NCBI RefSeq assembly: GCF_000372725.1
Contig: NW_005201213.1
Span: 1-64,000 of the forward strand
Length of the DNA: 64,000 nt
Reading direction: 5' to 3'
DNA from: Emiliania huxleyi CCMP1516
Lineage: Eukaryota
Of this stretch, positions 25,801 to 37,519 are shown one piece after another. Position 1 is the stretch's first letter, and each line of letters begins with the position of its first letter. The notes beneath the pieces are model-generated. The model was not told the origin of the DNA, ran no database searches, and saw only the letters and a program-made list of their open reading frames with translations. The translations under genes were made by a program, and so were the position numbers.

Positions 25801-26205
25801 GCCATTCTTGACCGCGCCGGCAGCCTCGCCAAAGGAGGCGAGCTCGGGGTCGGCCGCGGCGCCGATGGGCTTGAAGGTAGTCGGGCCGGCGGCGCGCGAG
25901 GCGGCGCCGCTGAACTTGGAGAGGTTGAACGGGAAGGAGAAGGAGAAGGCGTGAAAGGTGGCGACGACCGGACAGGCACCGAACAGCGCCCCCCCACCCC
26001 CGAGGACGTCTTGGTGGAGCAGGAGCTCCGCGGCCTTGTCGGGTTTGCGCGAGGCAGACGCCGCGAGGGCGGGTGCCGACGCGTCGGTCTGGAGCTTGTT
26101 GCTGAGGTCGGTGCGGTTGCGCGTGTCGATGAGTGCCCCCCCGCGCCGCGGACGGGGGCGAGAGGCGGCGATTGAGGGCGTCGAGAGAAGAGCGAGGACG
26201 AGCAT
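6764..26205 (-). CDS. Giant multi-pass receptor-like protein (~6,200 aa): F-type lectin, MAM x3, CUB, beta-helix, ephrin-receptor-like (GCC2/GCC3) Cys-rich repeats, ~9 TM, two C-terminal TIR-like domains
   Basis: Hand-built exons: 26205-24769, 24592-22484, 22416-9076, 8995-8253, 8182-8104, 8032-7937, 7863-7648, 7575-7195, 7120-7055, 6979-6764. All joins are in frame and restore motifs (GWK|ICW, SCQ|AY, HIW|STGQD, FLD|VDDL, YFRSK|NCLREV, TPQ|ELI). Signal peptide MLVLALLSTPSIA. Exon 1 spans a 100-N gap, so its frame and linkage are less certain. Confidence 0.85.
11105..19510 (-). repeat. Intragenic coding tandem array, 780-bp (260-aa) unit, ~11 copies
   Basis: The ECLDCPAGSSC marker recurs at ~11581, 12361, 12883, 13663, 14443, 15223, 16003, 17041, 17821, 18601 and 19381. 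Spacing is 780 except one of 522 and one of 1038. Copies differ by scattered single substitutions. Confidence 0.95.
21080..23410 (-). repeat. Triplicated MAM-domain module with (SPP)n linkers; copies at ~21720-22310 and ~22800-23410 are near-identical
   Basis: CDFE..C.W, GPS.DHTTGSGYY, L.FFYHMY, W...GNQG..W and DMALDD each appear three times, with long nucleotide identity between two copies. Confidence 0.9.
24608..24673. repeat. (ATGAC)n/(ATGAAC)n microsatellite in intron 1 of the giant gene
   Basis: Directly visible. Confidence 0.9.
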
Positions 26206-27235
26206 GGCGGCGTGCTGCAGATTTACACAACGAAATGAGGGGCAGAAAAAAAACTTTCCCCACATTTTTCACACACAACCCCGGGCCCGAAATTGCACAG
26301 AGTCACGCAACACGGGGTCCCAGGGAAGGCGAGCAAAAACCTTATCGCGCGCGCTAGGACATTTTTCACACAACTAGCAGGTTGGCTCGCTAGTCGCTCG
26401 CCGGGCCCGCGCAGCACGCGCGGGCCTTTTTTGTGGCTGATAAAAGGTGGCACCTTCGACATTGCACTCGGNNNNNNNNNNNNNNNNNNNNNNNNNNNNN
26501 NNNNNNNNNNNNNNNNNNNNNNNNNNNNNNNNNNNNNNNNNNNNNNNNNNNNNNNNNNNNNNNNNNNNNNNNNNNNNNNNNNNNNNNNNNNNNNNNNNNN
26601 NNNNNNNNNNNNNNNNNNNNNNNNNNNNNNNNNNNNNNNNNNNNNNNNNNNNNNNNNNNNNNNNNNNNNNNNNNNNNNNNNNNNNNNNNNNNNNNNNNNN
26701 NNNNNNNNNNNNNNNNNNNNNNNNNNNNNNNNNNNNNNNNNNNNNNNNNNNNNNNNNNNNNNNNNNNNNNNNNNNNNNNNNNNNNNNNNNNNNNNNNNNN
26801 NNNNNNNNNNNNNNNNNNNNNNNNNNNNNNNNNNNNNNNNNNNNNNNNNNNNNNNNNNNNNNNNNNNNNNNNNNNNNNNNNNNNNNNNNNNNNNNNNNNN
26901 NNNNNNNNNNNNNNNNNNNNNNNNNNNNNNNNNNNNNNNNNNNNNNNNNNNNNNNNNNNNNNNNNNNNNNNNNNNNNNNNNNNNNNNNNNNNNNNNNNNN
27001 NNNNNNNNNNNNNNNNNNNNNNNNNNNNNNNNNNNNNNNNNNNNNNNNNNNNNNNNNNNNNNNNNNNNNNNNNNNNNNNNNNNNNNNNNNNNNNNNNNNN
27101 NNNNNNNNNNNNNNNNNNNNNNNNNNNNNNNNNNNNNNNNNNNNNNNNNNNNNNNNNNNNNNNNNNNNNNNNNNNNNNNNNNNNNNNNNNNNNNNNNNNN
27201 NNNNNNNNNNNNNNNNNNNNNNNNNNNNNNNNNNN

Positions 27236-29075
27236 AGGCGGCGGGATTGACAGGGGATGGGGCGGCCACGAGCGGAGCGGCGGCGAGAGGGGGGGCGGCG
27301 GCGAGGGCGCGAGGCGCCAACGAGCGAGGAGCCCGCGCCATCAGAGGGACGCGCCGCTGCGAGATGGAGGGCGGCGGTGACGGAGGCAAGGCGCGAGGCG
27401 GCGGCGGCGGCGGCGGCGGCGGCGGAGGCGGCGGCGGCGGCGGCGGCGGCGAGAACGGCGGCACCGAGTTGTCTCGGTGAGCGGAGCGGCGGCAGGAGGA
27501 GGAGCAGCTCGCTGTTGAGCGCTTTTGAGCCTGGGATCCCATGTCACTGCGACCGGCGTGCCCGCGGCGGGCCCGATAAGGGCGTCGGGCCGCGGGGCCG
27601 GGGAAGAGCGCAGGCGCCCGACCGGCGGCCGGCGGGCCCGATGAGGGCGTCGGGCCGGGGGAGAAAGCGGGCGCGCCACCGGCGGCTGGCGAGCCCGAAG
27701 AGGGCGTCGGGCCGGCGGGTAGCGCCTTCGGCAGTGCCGCATGGAGGGAGAATGCCAAGCGACTGAACGGCGGCCGGGGGACCGCCACGCCGCGCGGTGG
27801 CGCCACCAATCGACAGATGGGAGGCGCGATGGCATTCATCGTGTGCCTCGCGACCTGCGCGACGCAGCCGACGGTGCTGCTGACAGGAGGGCTACTACCG
27901 ACGGTCGAGGTGCCACAAGGGCAGACCGGGGCGGTACGAGCCGCGGCGGAAGCGGCGGTCGAGGCGGCGCTGCCCTTTATGGTGCCAGCGTATGCGAAGC
28001 TGCCAGTGCACTACGCGGGTATGCGGGGTGAGGCACCGGCGTTCGAGCACGTCATTACCAGCTTCTCGCAGGAGCTACCCCACGATCACGGAACCTTGAC
28101 AGCGGTAGCGATCAACGCGATCATAGACCCCGGCACGAGGGCGCAAGTGATGATAGCGATTGACCTGGTCGCCGACATCTACGGCGACGGGTGGCTTGGC
28201 CGCCCGCGCGACATGGTTGACGCCATAATTGGAAGGCACGACTATGCGGGCGTGGCGGCCACGAGGAGAGCAGCCGCGGACGGGGACCGGCTGTTCAATG
28301 AGAGGCGAGAGCGGGACATCACCGACACGCTGGAGCTCCGAAGGTACCTGTCGGACGAGGCCAAACGACAAGCGGCCGGAGGCGACCTCGACATGGCGGG
28401 ATACCTGGACGAGGCGATCCCATTGGTGCGGCCGGCCCCGGCGGAAGAGGTGCCATATGGGGTGCGGACGACCACCAGACACGCGCCGGAGTGGCTCGTC
28501 TACGAGAAGTATCGGCTGTCCGCCGTCGAGCGGTCGGAGCCGTTACCGAGGCCGGTGCCGCAGAAGGCGCCGCCCGACTTCCACCCGACGTGCAAGGCTG
28601 ACCTACTGACGCCATAGGAGAGAGAGTTGCATTGTCTAAATTCTTTATGCTGTCCTCCTATTTTTTACTATTTAGGATTCCTAAGCTTAAAGGCCCGCTA
28701 AACGCGCGAGGCGGTGGCGGCGGTGGTGCGGGGGATTGGCAGGGGAGGCGGCGGGATTGACAGGGGATGGGGCGGCCACGAGCGGAGCGGCGGCGAGAGG
28801 GGGGGGCGGCGGCGAGGGCGCGAGGCGCCAACGAGCGAGGAGCCCGCGCCATCAGAGGGACGCGCCGCTGCGAGATGGAGGGCGGCGGTGACGGAGGCAA
28901 GGCGCGAGGCGGAGGCGGCGGCGGCGGCGGCGGCGGAGGCGGCGGCGGCGGCGGCGGCGGCGAGAACGGCGGCACCGAGTTGTCTCGGTGAGCGGAGCGG
29001 CGGCAGGAGGAGGAGCAGCTCGCTGTTGAGCGCTTTTGAGCCTGGGATCCCATGTCACTGCGACCGGCGTGCCCG
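27236..29075 (+). mobile_element. ~330-bp direct repeats (27236-27564, 28746-29075) bracketing a truncated 266-aa ORF (27817-28617); possible retroelement fragment
   Basis: The repeats are nearly identical, and the left copy is cut by an N gap. The ORF has protein-like composition and ends abruptly at an AT-rich junction. No catalytic motif is visible. Confidence 0.4.
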
Positions 29076-30069
29076 GGAACAGAGATCGCGCGCGCGCCGC
29101 CACTCACGACGCGCGCGCGATCTTCGCGGAGTCGGGTCCCCAGAGGGAAGCGGTCTTCTCGGCCGACGTCCAGCGGCGCGCAAGGAAGCAGGCGCAGCGG
29201 TGCACCGCGGCGCGTTGATTCGCGACCACCGTCGGCCGCGGACGGCGGCGGCGTGGCGGCCGCGGGCGCTCGCGAGACGCGCCGCTCTGCTCTGGTACGG
29301 TTCGTTCGACTCGTTGTGCCGCCACACGCCCGGCGGCCGCGGGTCCCAGAAGTGGTTGCGCGGGCCTCTTCCTTGCGGCCGCGGGACGGCGTCGGGCACG
29401 TCGTCGGTCGCAACAGATGCGCGGCGAGCCGAGGCACGTCGTTGCTGGCGCTGGTGGTTTGAGGTCGGCATCGTCCAGAGCTCGGTCGAAGAGTCGAGAG
29501 CTTCAGCTGGCCGAGGGTGCCACCTTTGTGCTCTTTGTGCACGAAATCGGAAATTTATCTCTTTGATCGGCAAAGTTCTTCTCTGGGGAAGGCGAGCGGC
29601 CAGCGCGCGGCGACAGGTGATCGGCAGGCGGGTAATGGGCCGGAGAGTGACCGCCCAGCGATCGGAGAAGACGAGCCGATCGTCGCTCGGCCGCAGCTGA
29701 CCTCGAAGGCGTGCGTGCGGGACAGTGCCTGACAGTGCCCGACAGCCCGACACGGTCCCCGACAGATCACCTGACAGCACCTGATAGCCTGACAGCCAGG
29801 GGTGCCAGGGCTCAGATATAGGTCATAGCGCCGCTATCTAGACATTTTACCGCGGGTACTCACGGGGTGAGTTGCACAACGTCGCGATGGAGGAGGAGAT
29901 CGAGGGGCCATGCCCAGGGTCAGGCATAAAAGGGGGGGGTGTTTTCCGTCCGTCCCACCGAAGTCTCTCTCTCTCTAGTATAATAACTTCTGGGCCCTCA
30001 GCGCGAGCTGGGAAGAGGACCGCCGCAAGCGTGAGTGTGTGTGAGTGTGTGTGTGTGGCGGCGGCAGGG

Positions 30070-31270
30070 ATGGTGCGATCGGACGAGGACGGAGAGGAGG
30101 GAGGAGAGAGGAAAGTAGTGGAGGCGCTGAGAAATCTATGGGGAAATATCAACGAGGAACTGCTGGTGTACGAGGAGAGGCTAGAGGAGGTCGCGCAACA
30201 GGGGGAGGAGAAGCGGCGCAGGGAGACAGGAAGTCATCGTGTACGTGCGAACGAAGATGATTTGTACCGTCGGGGACAAGGGGCTCGCTTGGTGGAAGGG
30301 GCCGTGAGGGAGATGGTGCCGAGAGGGGAGGAGGCGCGGATGGAGACGTCAGCTAAGAGGGAGAGGGCAAAGGTGCAGGAAAAGAAGACGCGATCGGTGC
30401 GGAGCGCTGAGACCTTACTTCAGATGGGGCCTTTTGGGTGGCGATGTTTTGTGGGCGGACAGAGGGTGGATGCGATTCGGGATGCGGAAGTGCAAAAGCA
30501 CATGGTGAGCGGGTTGGACGGACGCTATATGAGTGGAGAGGGGACTGGAAGAGTGGAGAAATGGCTGCGTCGGAGCGAGGAACGGGAGGAGAAGGCGATT
30601 CAGTGGTCGTTGGAGGAGAGCAATCGGCGGGTGAGAGAGGAGAGGAGGCAAGCTGAGGCGGATCAGAGCGAAGAGATGGAGATTTCGGAATCAGACTCGA
30701 GCGGATGCGATGAGGAGGTGGAGATGTGGAGGCGGGTTGGGCATAGGACAGGCAGAAAGAAGGCTAAGGTGGACAGAGAAGCGAGAATTTCAGACTCAGG
30801 GTGGGGTCAAGGCAGTCATTCAGTCAATCAGTACTTGAGTCAGTCGGTCAATCAGTCAGTCAGTGGTGAGCAGAGAGAAGAAGTTCAGATGGAAGTGGAG
30901 AGCGGAGGCGATAGCGAGGCAGCGGGGAGCAGCGGCCGGAGTGGGATCGATGGAGCGGAGTCGAGAGGCGACATGGTGGGAGGAGGGAGCTATGCTGAGG
31001 AGGACGACGAGCTTATGCTGGAGTACATGGGGAACAAGGGCGTGGGCGACGAGGAGATCGACAGGTTCATGGGGTGGACGACGCTGGAGTTGGGAGACGA
31101 GCGCTTTGGTGGGGCAAAACCACCTGTGGAGGAGAGAGTGGGTCGTGCAGCGAGAGAGGTGATCGGAGACGTCGAACTGGTGCGAGAAGGGATGCTGAGG
31201 CGGCTGGGGCGAGTCAGGATGCTGAGAGGAAATGGGCAACTACGACCGAGGATTGACTTGTACGAGAGGG
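30070..31270 (+). other. Purine-rich Glu/Arg-rich ORF of unknown function, possibly retroelement-derived
   Basis: Long open frame (within 29872-31380) with a strong GA strand bias like the fragment at 287-1021. No domain recognised. Confidence 0.25.
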
Positions 31271-34200
31271 GCGTCGGTTGCTTTGCAGCCATCCCGTCGT
31301 TGAGGCTGGCCATCGCCTGCCTCCGACACCGGTGTTTTGACACCCATCTTCTGTTCAGTCGACGCTCGTTCGTCCACTGAGAACTCAGTGGTTGTCACCA
31401 CTTTGTATTCTTTTAATATTAACCTTGCGAACTCGTCCCCCCCGGCAGGGCTATGCAACTGTGACCAGTGTGTGCTGTCTACGCCTGAACCAGGTGTCAA
31501 ATCTGCCGATGCGTGTGACCTGTGCGTGGGCTGCTCTGTGAGGGGTCCAGGCGTAGTCCGACGGGTAGGGGGTCTGTGCCCGGGCGGTGTCCGGTGCGGA
31601 GTCTCTCTCTGATCCCGCCTGGGATGTTGGGTGCGAGGTGTGGCGGCTTCGATCCCAAGGGGGGGAGCTGATCCCACTCGGTAACCAACTCTCAGGGGCA
31701 GTAGGTGGGCGAGCTTCAAGCGAGCTCATCTCGATCGTCAAGGCGTCGCTACGCGCGGTCTTCCGCGGGGGGAGCTTCGTCGACGGGTGCGGGACCGCGG
31801 CGCAGACAGTGCTGCGGCGATGCCTCCGGCTGCTGCGGCGAGTGGTGTGCTGCTCGCTGCGATGGCGAAGAAACTCGTCTCGTCACACGCCAAGGGCTTA
31901 CGCTCTGTCGAGACGTGAGGCGTATGCGCCAGGAGGGGAGGGCGCATGCGTAACGACGCTGCTAGAGATGCCTTTCGGGGCCCAGAGATCAAACTTCTGA
32001 TGCCATGCGTGACCTAGTAGTGTCCCCAGCTATGGGCGTGTCCACGTTGGAGCCAGGTGTGGTGTGGACGCGAGAATAGCTCCGCCGTTCATGGAGGCAA
32101 CCGATGCGAGTCGACTGGTGTGTGTCGTCGTGGTTTCGTATCAAGAATACTCACTCACCGCCGCAAGCGGCGTGGCGTGGAGCGGTTGAGCATCCCTCCG
32201 GAGGCCCCTCTGCGCCGGGGAGGCGTTGTTGGAGGCTAGGACGCAAGCGTCCGTCGCCCTTTTCAAACTCGGGGCCCACTCCGCTACGCTCCGACCCGAA
32301 TTTGGAGGGCCTGAAAGTTTAAGGTGTTGCTGCGCAAAAGGGGTCGGACACAGGGCGCAGCTCATGCTAAGAGCTAGAAGGGGAGATGGAGAGAACAACC
32401 ACCCTGTCCCGTTATTGCGTACACCAACACCACAAAGCTCTCTCTCTCCTGCTCCTCACACTCAGGGGGCGGTCACCGGGTCACGACTACCGAGTCCCTA
32501 GAGCCTAGCTGCCACGTTCAAAACCAGGACGGCGACAGTGATGGTGCTATCACGGGCATGGTCAGGGGAAAGTGGAGCGGGGGGGGCGAGCGTCAGCCAG
32601 CCAGGTACGGGATAGTAGAGCAGGCGCTTTGTGGGTGGCGGTGGGCGGCGGCGCTGGGTGGCCGGCCGAATCGTCAGCTGAGCTCCTCCCTCAAGCTCGA
32701 TCACGCATGACGCACGTAACCTGACAACGTCGGCGAGCTTCTGGATCAGGTTAGGTTGCTGGAGCACCTCCAACTCCTCCTCTGAGTCAGACACGCCAAC
32801 GTCGACGACTGCGCCCTCCTCATCCTCCTCCGATTCGCCGACTGCACCCTCCTCCTCCATGGGCTCGATCCGATTCCGCAGCGTGTCGTCCCCAGTTGCT
32901 CCGAAAGCACGGATTTGGCGGACGTTCTTGGCTTCAATTTTACGGATGTCTTGGCACCAGCTGAAGGCTTGCACGGCTCACATCACGCAGTTCGTGCACG
33001 GTATTCGGATTTTGCTATTTGCTCGTGTGGGGGTATAGCAGATTTTGTCAATGGTACCGCGTCTGCGACGCGGGCGCCTTGCGGGCAGAGCCCTTAGCCA
33101 CCCTTTATATCTTGCGCGGTCATTACACATAGACAACGTATGCGGGGAGCTTCTTTCTTTACTTTACTTGTTATCTCACTCTCGTGGCACACCACTATCG
33201 CATCCACACTGCCCCGTAGGTCAGCTCCGCTCTCGCGTGGCGGGGCCCGAGTACGTCGGGCATATTCAGGGTCCTCAGGCGGTGGGGGTTCAGGGAGGGG
33301 CATGGTGGGGCGGGTGGGGGGTGGGGGGTACTACTACTCTACTCTCCCGGCGGTCTCCCTGTCGGCATCCCTGTCTCCTCACCCTGTCCTGTCCTTCTCC
33401 TCTTAACTCCGGCCAGCCTGCTCTCCACGTAGCACTCCTGTCCATCCGGCCTGCGCCACTGCGGTCGCTCCGGTCCTGTCGACCCTTCCCTACGTACAGG
33501 CGATATGACGAGAGCCGGGTAACTACGCTCGTACTGTGTTCGCTGCGTTTTTCAGACCTTGCCCCCCGTGACCTCGACATCATTGCCGCCGCCCTGCCTC
33601 TGCTGCTGCTTCTTCTTCTTCAGGTACCACATCCTGTGCACGCGACGGGGACGCGGGCTGTGATGACGCAATTGGCACGAGCAGGCAGGCACGGCAGTGG
33701 GTGCGTACCCGCCGCCAAAGACGCCGAAGACCAATCCGGAGAGGCCGCCAACGATGCCGCCGATGCAGCCACCGCCGCAGCCATCTGCTTCTGCCTTGTT
33801 CTCGGAAAGCAGAGGCGGGCTTCGGGGGGCTGGGGGCGGTGTCGGAGGGCCGGGCGGGGGCGTCGGCGGTTGCGGCGACAGCTCCTGCAGGGCATTCGTA
33901 GGAGGCCGGGCTGTCCACCGAGTAGAGGATGCCGTCGCTGGAGCGCACCATGACGAGCTGGGGCGACATGCGGGAGGCAGTGATGGTCATCTGGCGCCGA
34001 TTCCCGTTAAAGGTCATGCGAGGAGTGTAGAGCTGGAAGTCAGACTCGGCGGCAATGGACTTTGCCACGGCATTCCTGCAGCATGTCGTGTTGGTAGGGC
34101 ATCCTCGTTGTCGTGGAAGGTCACCGCGCCATTCGCATCGGTAGTCACACTGAATTGGTTGTACCGAATCTGCGAGACATCGGTGATGGCGGCCTGGCGG

Positions 34201-34450
34201 CCGACGATGAGGAGGACCGCGGCAACCGTCACTTGACTTGACTTGACAACAAGTAGCCGCTCAAGACGTGTCTTGCTCGCCCACGCGGCACAGCAGTGAA
34301 ACAGAGCTGAATCGGATTCACGCGTAACCGTTTCTACTGAGACATCTGATGGACATGCTGCCGAGCGTCAAGCCATCACCGGCGCGAGGCGGAGCTCGGC
34401 GCTGCTCAGCTGTCCGGCTGTTTATATTCTTTTTGTCTTGGCACGCGCCC

Positions 34451-34511
34451 CGAGCTCACCATCTACCGCACTGAGCACTTTCGCCCCCTCGCCCCCAACC
34501 CATCCACTTCG
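34451..34511 (+). repeat. Dispersed ~60-bp repeat family C; inverted copy at ~53641-53702
   Basis: cgagct.accatctaccgcactga.cactttcgccccctcgc.cccaacccatccac matches the reverse complement of 53641-53702. Confidence 0.8.
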
Positions 34512-34673
34512 CCGAGGTGCTGCGGAATCGCGCGATCTCGTGCGATCTCGCGCCGGGTTTTTTTCTTTTTCTGCCGGTGTTCTCTCGGTTCTCGAGGGTG
34601 ATATCCTTTGGCCGCGTTGGGTAGCGAGGATTGGTGTGACGCGATCCACGCAGGCGTGTTTTCTGTAACTGAC

Positions 34674-34739
34674 GTGCGTAGACTGGAAGGGCCTTTGCAG
34701 AGCGTAAAATCGCCTGCAAAACACCTCTGTGTTCAGTAG
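34674..34739 (+). repeat. 66-bp hairpin-containing direct repeat, copy 1 (copy 2 at 35920-35985)
   Basis: Two mismatches between copies. Internal stem TTGCAG-AGCG-taaaat-CGC-CTGCAA. Confidence 0.9.
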
Positions 34740-34873
34740 GGATTATAGTCGACGTTCCCCATGCCACTCGCCGTCGCGTTCCCCATGCTCCGCGACCGCC
34801 GCTCGACCGGCTACGCAGCACGACTCTGCGCCAGCCAGCGCCGCGGGCCCAGTACTGTATAGGCGCGAACATG

Positions 34874-35453
34874 CTAGCGCATGCGTTCGTCGTGCACATC
34901 TCGCATAGCAGCAATCTGCTCCTCATAGATGGATGCGGCCGCCCAGTACAGCTCTGAATCGGCCGCAAAGGCGGTCCTGAGCTTCGCCGAGCAAGTGGCT
35001 TTGAGATGGGCTCGGAGTTTCCCTGTTCCATCTGACGAGGATGCTACCTGGTGTGCTCTGCCCCCATGCGACTTTGTCAGGTGCATATTGCTGTAGAGTC
35101 TCCACTCCTCACAGCCGGTGTACCGGTGAAGCAGCCCAAGCGTCTCGTTCCAGCGCTCAGCCAAGCCGATAAAGGAGAACGTGTTGCGCAGCGTGCGCAG
35201 CGCGCCGTCAAGTAAGCGCCGGCCCTGTGCTGTGGTGGGGTCATCGAGCCCACACAGGCGCATGAGTGCGAGGCGCTTGTGTGCATTTAGCTGGTAGCCG
35301 CCCGGCCTGTATGAGGCGCTCACATTGACGAGGCACTCGGGGACTGATGGATGAAGCGTCGCGAGCGAGCCTCGGCTGGCAAGGATAAGCGCTGGGTCAG
35401 TCGGTATCGCCGCTATTGCGGCGAGACTCTGTGAGCCCCAGATCTCTATGAAC
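34874..35453 (-). pseudogene. Orphan 3' exon of a Golgi-type sulfotransferase (Gal-3-O/HS2ST-like C-terminal half)
   Basis: LRNTFSFIGLAERWNETLGLL and DSELYWAAASIYEEQ motifs. TTTGCAG acceptor ends at 35454. No upstream exon with the 5'-PAPS motif was found. Confidence 0.6.
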
Positions 35454-35919
35454 CTGCAAAGGAGTGATCCCGCTCAGGGCTACACCGAGCTTGCATGCCG
35501 GGTCGTGGCCATGTATGGCTTTGCAGAAAGTGAATGCGCTGACATCTCCGTCTCCGGCCTGAGATCTCGAGGTGCCGATGGCGGCTCAAGATCTCTATCT
35601 TCAGTTAAAGATCTCTGAGTTTTGTGAGAGATGCTGTGTGTGGAAGATCTCTAATCGGTCGGCATCTACGATCTCCACTCAACAAATCTACTGGCTGGCT
35701 GGTGTCCCGCAGAGATCTCGATGTATGGGACTATGCCCCCCTTGGAGCACTTGGAGTGCAGTCATCAACCTCACATCCAGGGCCGGGGAGCTAAGAAGCG
35801 CACAGCGGATTTTCAAGATCGCCGAGCCACGACCGTGAATACTGAGTTTGATTGGAAAGCCCAGCAGCATTTGCCTCCTCCCCGGGAGGCGCAAGAAGGT
35901 GTCCCAGGAGTCTGCAAGA

Positions 35920-35985
35920 GTGCGTAGACTGGAAGGGCCTTTGCAGAGCGTAAAATCGCCTGCAATACACCTCCGTGTTCAGTAG
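35920..35985 (+). repeat. 66-bp hairpin-containing direct repeat, copy 2
   Basis: Matches 34674-34739 and ends 3 nt before the ATG at 35989. Confidence 0.9.
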
Positions 35986-35988
35986 AAT

Positions 35989-37519
35989 ATGCCGCGCGAC
36001 GCTTGCATCGACAGCGGCGGCGCCCTTCCGAGCCCGCCGCACGTGTTCTCGCCGCCGCACGCAGTCGACGCGCACCTGAGACGCCTCGGATCCAGCCCCA
36101 ACCTCCTCGAGCTCGAGTATGAGGAGTGGATTCGCCGTGCACACAGCCTCATCGTGCCGCCGACGCTGCACCAGTCGTGGCAGGCGTGTGGTCCACTGCT
36201 GCCAGATCACGCGCGTTGGCGCGCACGGTGTGCTCGCGTGCTTCCCGCAAATTGGACCCTCTTCCTCTGGTCCGACGACGCTAATCGGCGCCTCGTTCAA
36301 ACATTCTTTCCCTCCTTCCTCTCCACTTACGACGGGTGCGCAGGACAGAATGAGGACGCCAACGTGAGGTGTGGACTCCCATTGGGCTCCCACGCCTTCG
36401 CTTCAGGTACGACTCTCATATCAAGCGCGTTGATGCCGCCCGCTACTTTTACCTCTACCTCTTCGGCGGCGTGTACATTGACCTGGACGTGCATTGCCTC
36501 CGCCCGTTCGAGGCGCGGGCCGTACTCCCCTCGCCTCCACTGCGGGAGCGATGCCTCCCGAGCCAGCAGCATAGGCGCTGCCGCTCACCAACGGCGTGGC
36601 CGCCTTTGGCCACCTCGAGAAGAAGGACCTTCTGTTCGACCGCTGCTGCAGGCCCGCCGCATCCAGACCGCACCTTCGCCCGAGCACACAGAAGTACCCA
36701 ACCTCGGCCGCTCCAGGCGTGACATTGGCTCCTGCGCCAATGCGACATGTGTGCGACGCCGGTCGGAGGCGCTCCAAAACGCCATCATGAAGACATCTCT
36801 CGAGAGCCCTCCCTCCCCCGCCCTCCGCCCTTTCCCCAAAGCTTGCGACGCCACTTCGCTAGGCCGTCCCCAACGCGTTTATGGCGGCTCCTCCGCGCCA
36901 TCCCCTGTTTGCGGCCCTCATACTGGACCTGAGCTCGGCCAAGGACGTGACATACAAGAACAGGAGAGCGGAGAGCAGCCGTAGCCGAGAAAGCAGAGGG
37001 CTCTGTGACATAGATGTTGTCCGAGAGCGTGCCGCCGCGCGACCGCAGTCCGTTCTCCGGTAGGTCGTCTCCGCTCGCCGCCACCGGCCCCATCTACCTC
37101 GCCAATCGGCACCGCGCGTGGAGTAGACTGGCGCGCGTCACACCGGCCACACACTTGGAGATCTAGATAGGCTCTACGAGTGGGCGAGGAGGAGCAGAAA
37201 GCGCCACGTGCATATCCACGAGGCCGGCCGCATCTATGGCAGTCCATGGCTTGAGACCGGCACCCATCGCTTTCCGCGCGCGCACCCGTGCTCCTTCGAC
37301 GCCCCGCGCGCCCGGATTGCGCGGCTGGAGGCTCTCAAGTGCAATGCGAGCCAACGGTTCTACTCAGCGGCGCGGTGCGCCGAGGTGCGCTCGTGGCCAC
37401 AGGTTGTCGAGAACGACGAGCGGCTGATTGACGCGCGGCCCAAGTCACGGGAGGGGAAGGTGGCTACGAATTGCGCCGCTCAGGCCCCCGCGAGCATCTT
37501 GTCAATAGGCGCGACCTGA
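35989..37519 (+). CDS. GT32 (OCH1/SUR1-like, DXD) glycosyltransferase, multi-exon
   Basis: IVPPTLHQSW, LWSDDANR, RVDAARYFYLYLFGGVYIDLD, PNAFMAAPPRHP, ATGP. First intron 36336-36406 (GT-AG). Later exon borders are approximate. Confidence 0.8.

Noticed and set aside
26223..27480. ORFs running through N gaps (also 38366-39512, 3811-4614, 40262-40486)
   Set aside because: Their length comes from X runs, so they are artefacts.
31270..33500. Assorted short ORFs, including 32498-32974 (also 40410-41600 and 61825-62307)
   Set aside because: No recognisable motifs or consistent coding signal. Probably repeat debris.
33580..34232. Possible frameshifted secreted-protein gene on the minus strand
   Set aside because: Protein-like pieces lie in different frames, with no ATG, no recognisable domain and no clear splice solution.
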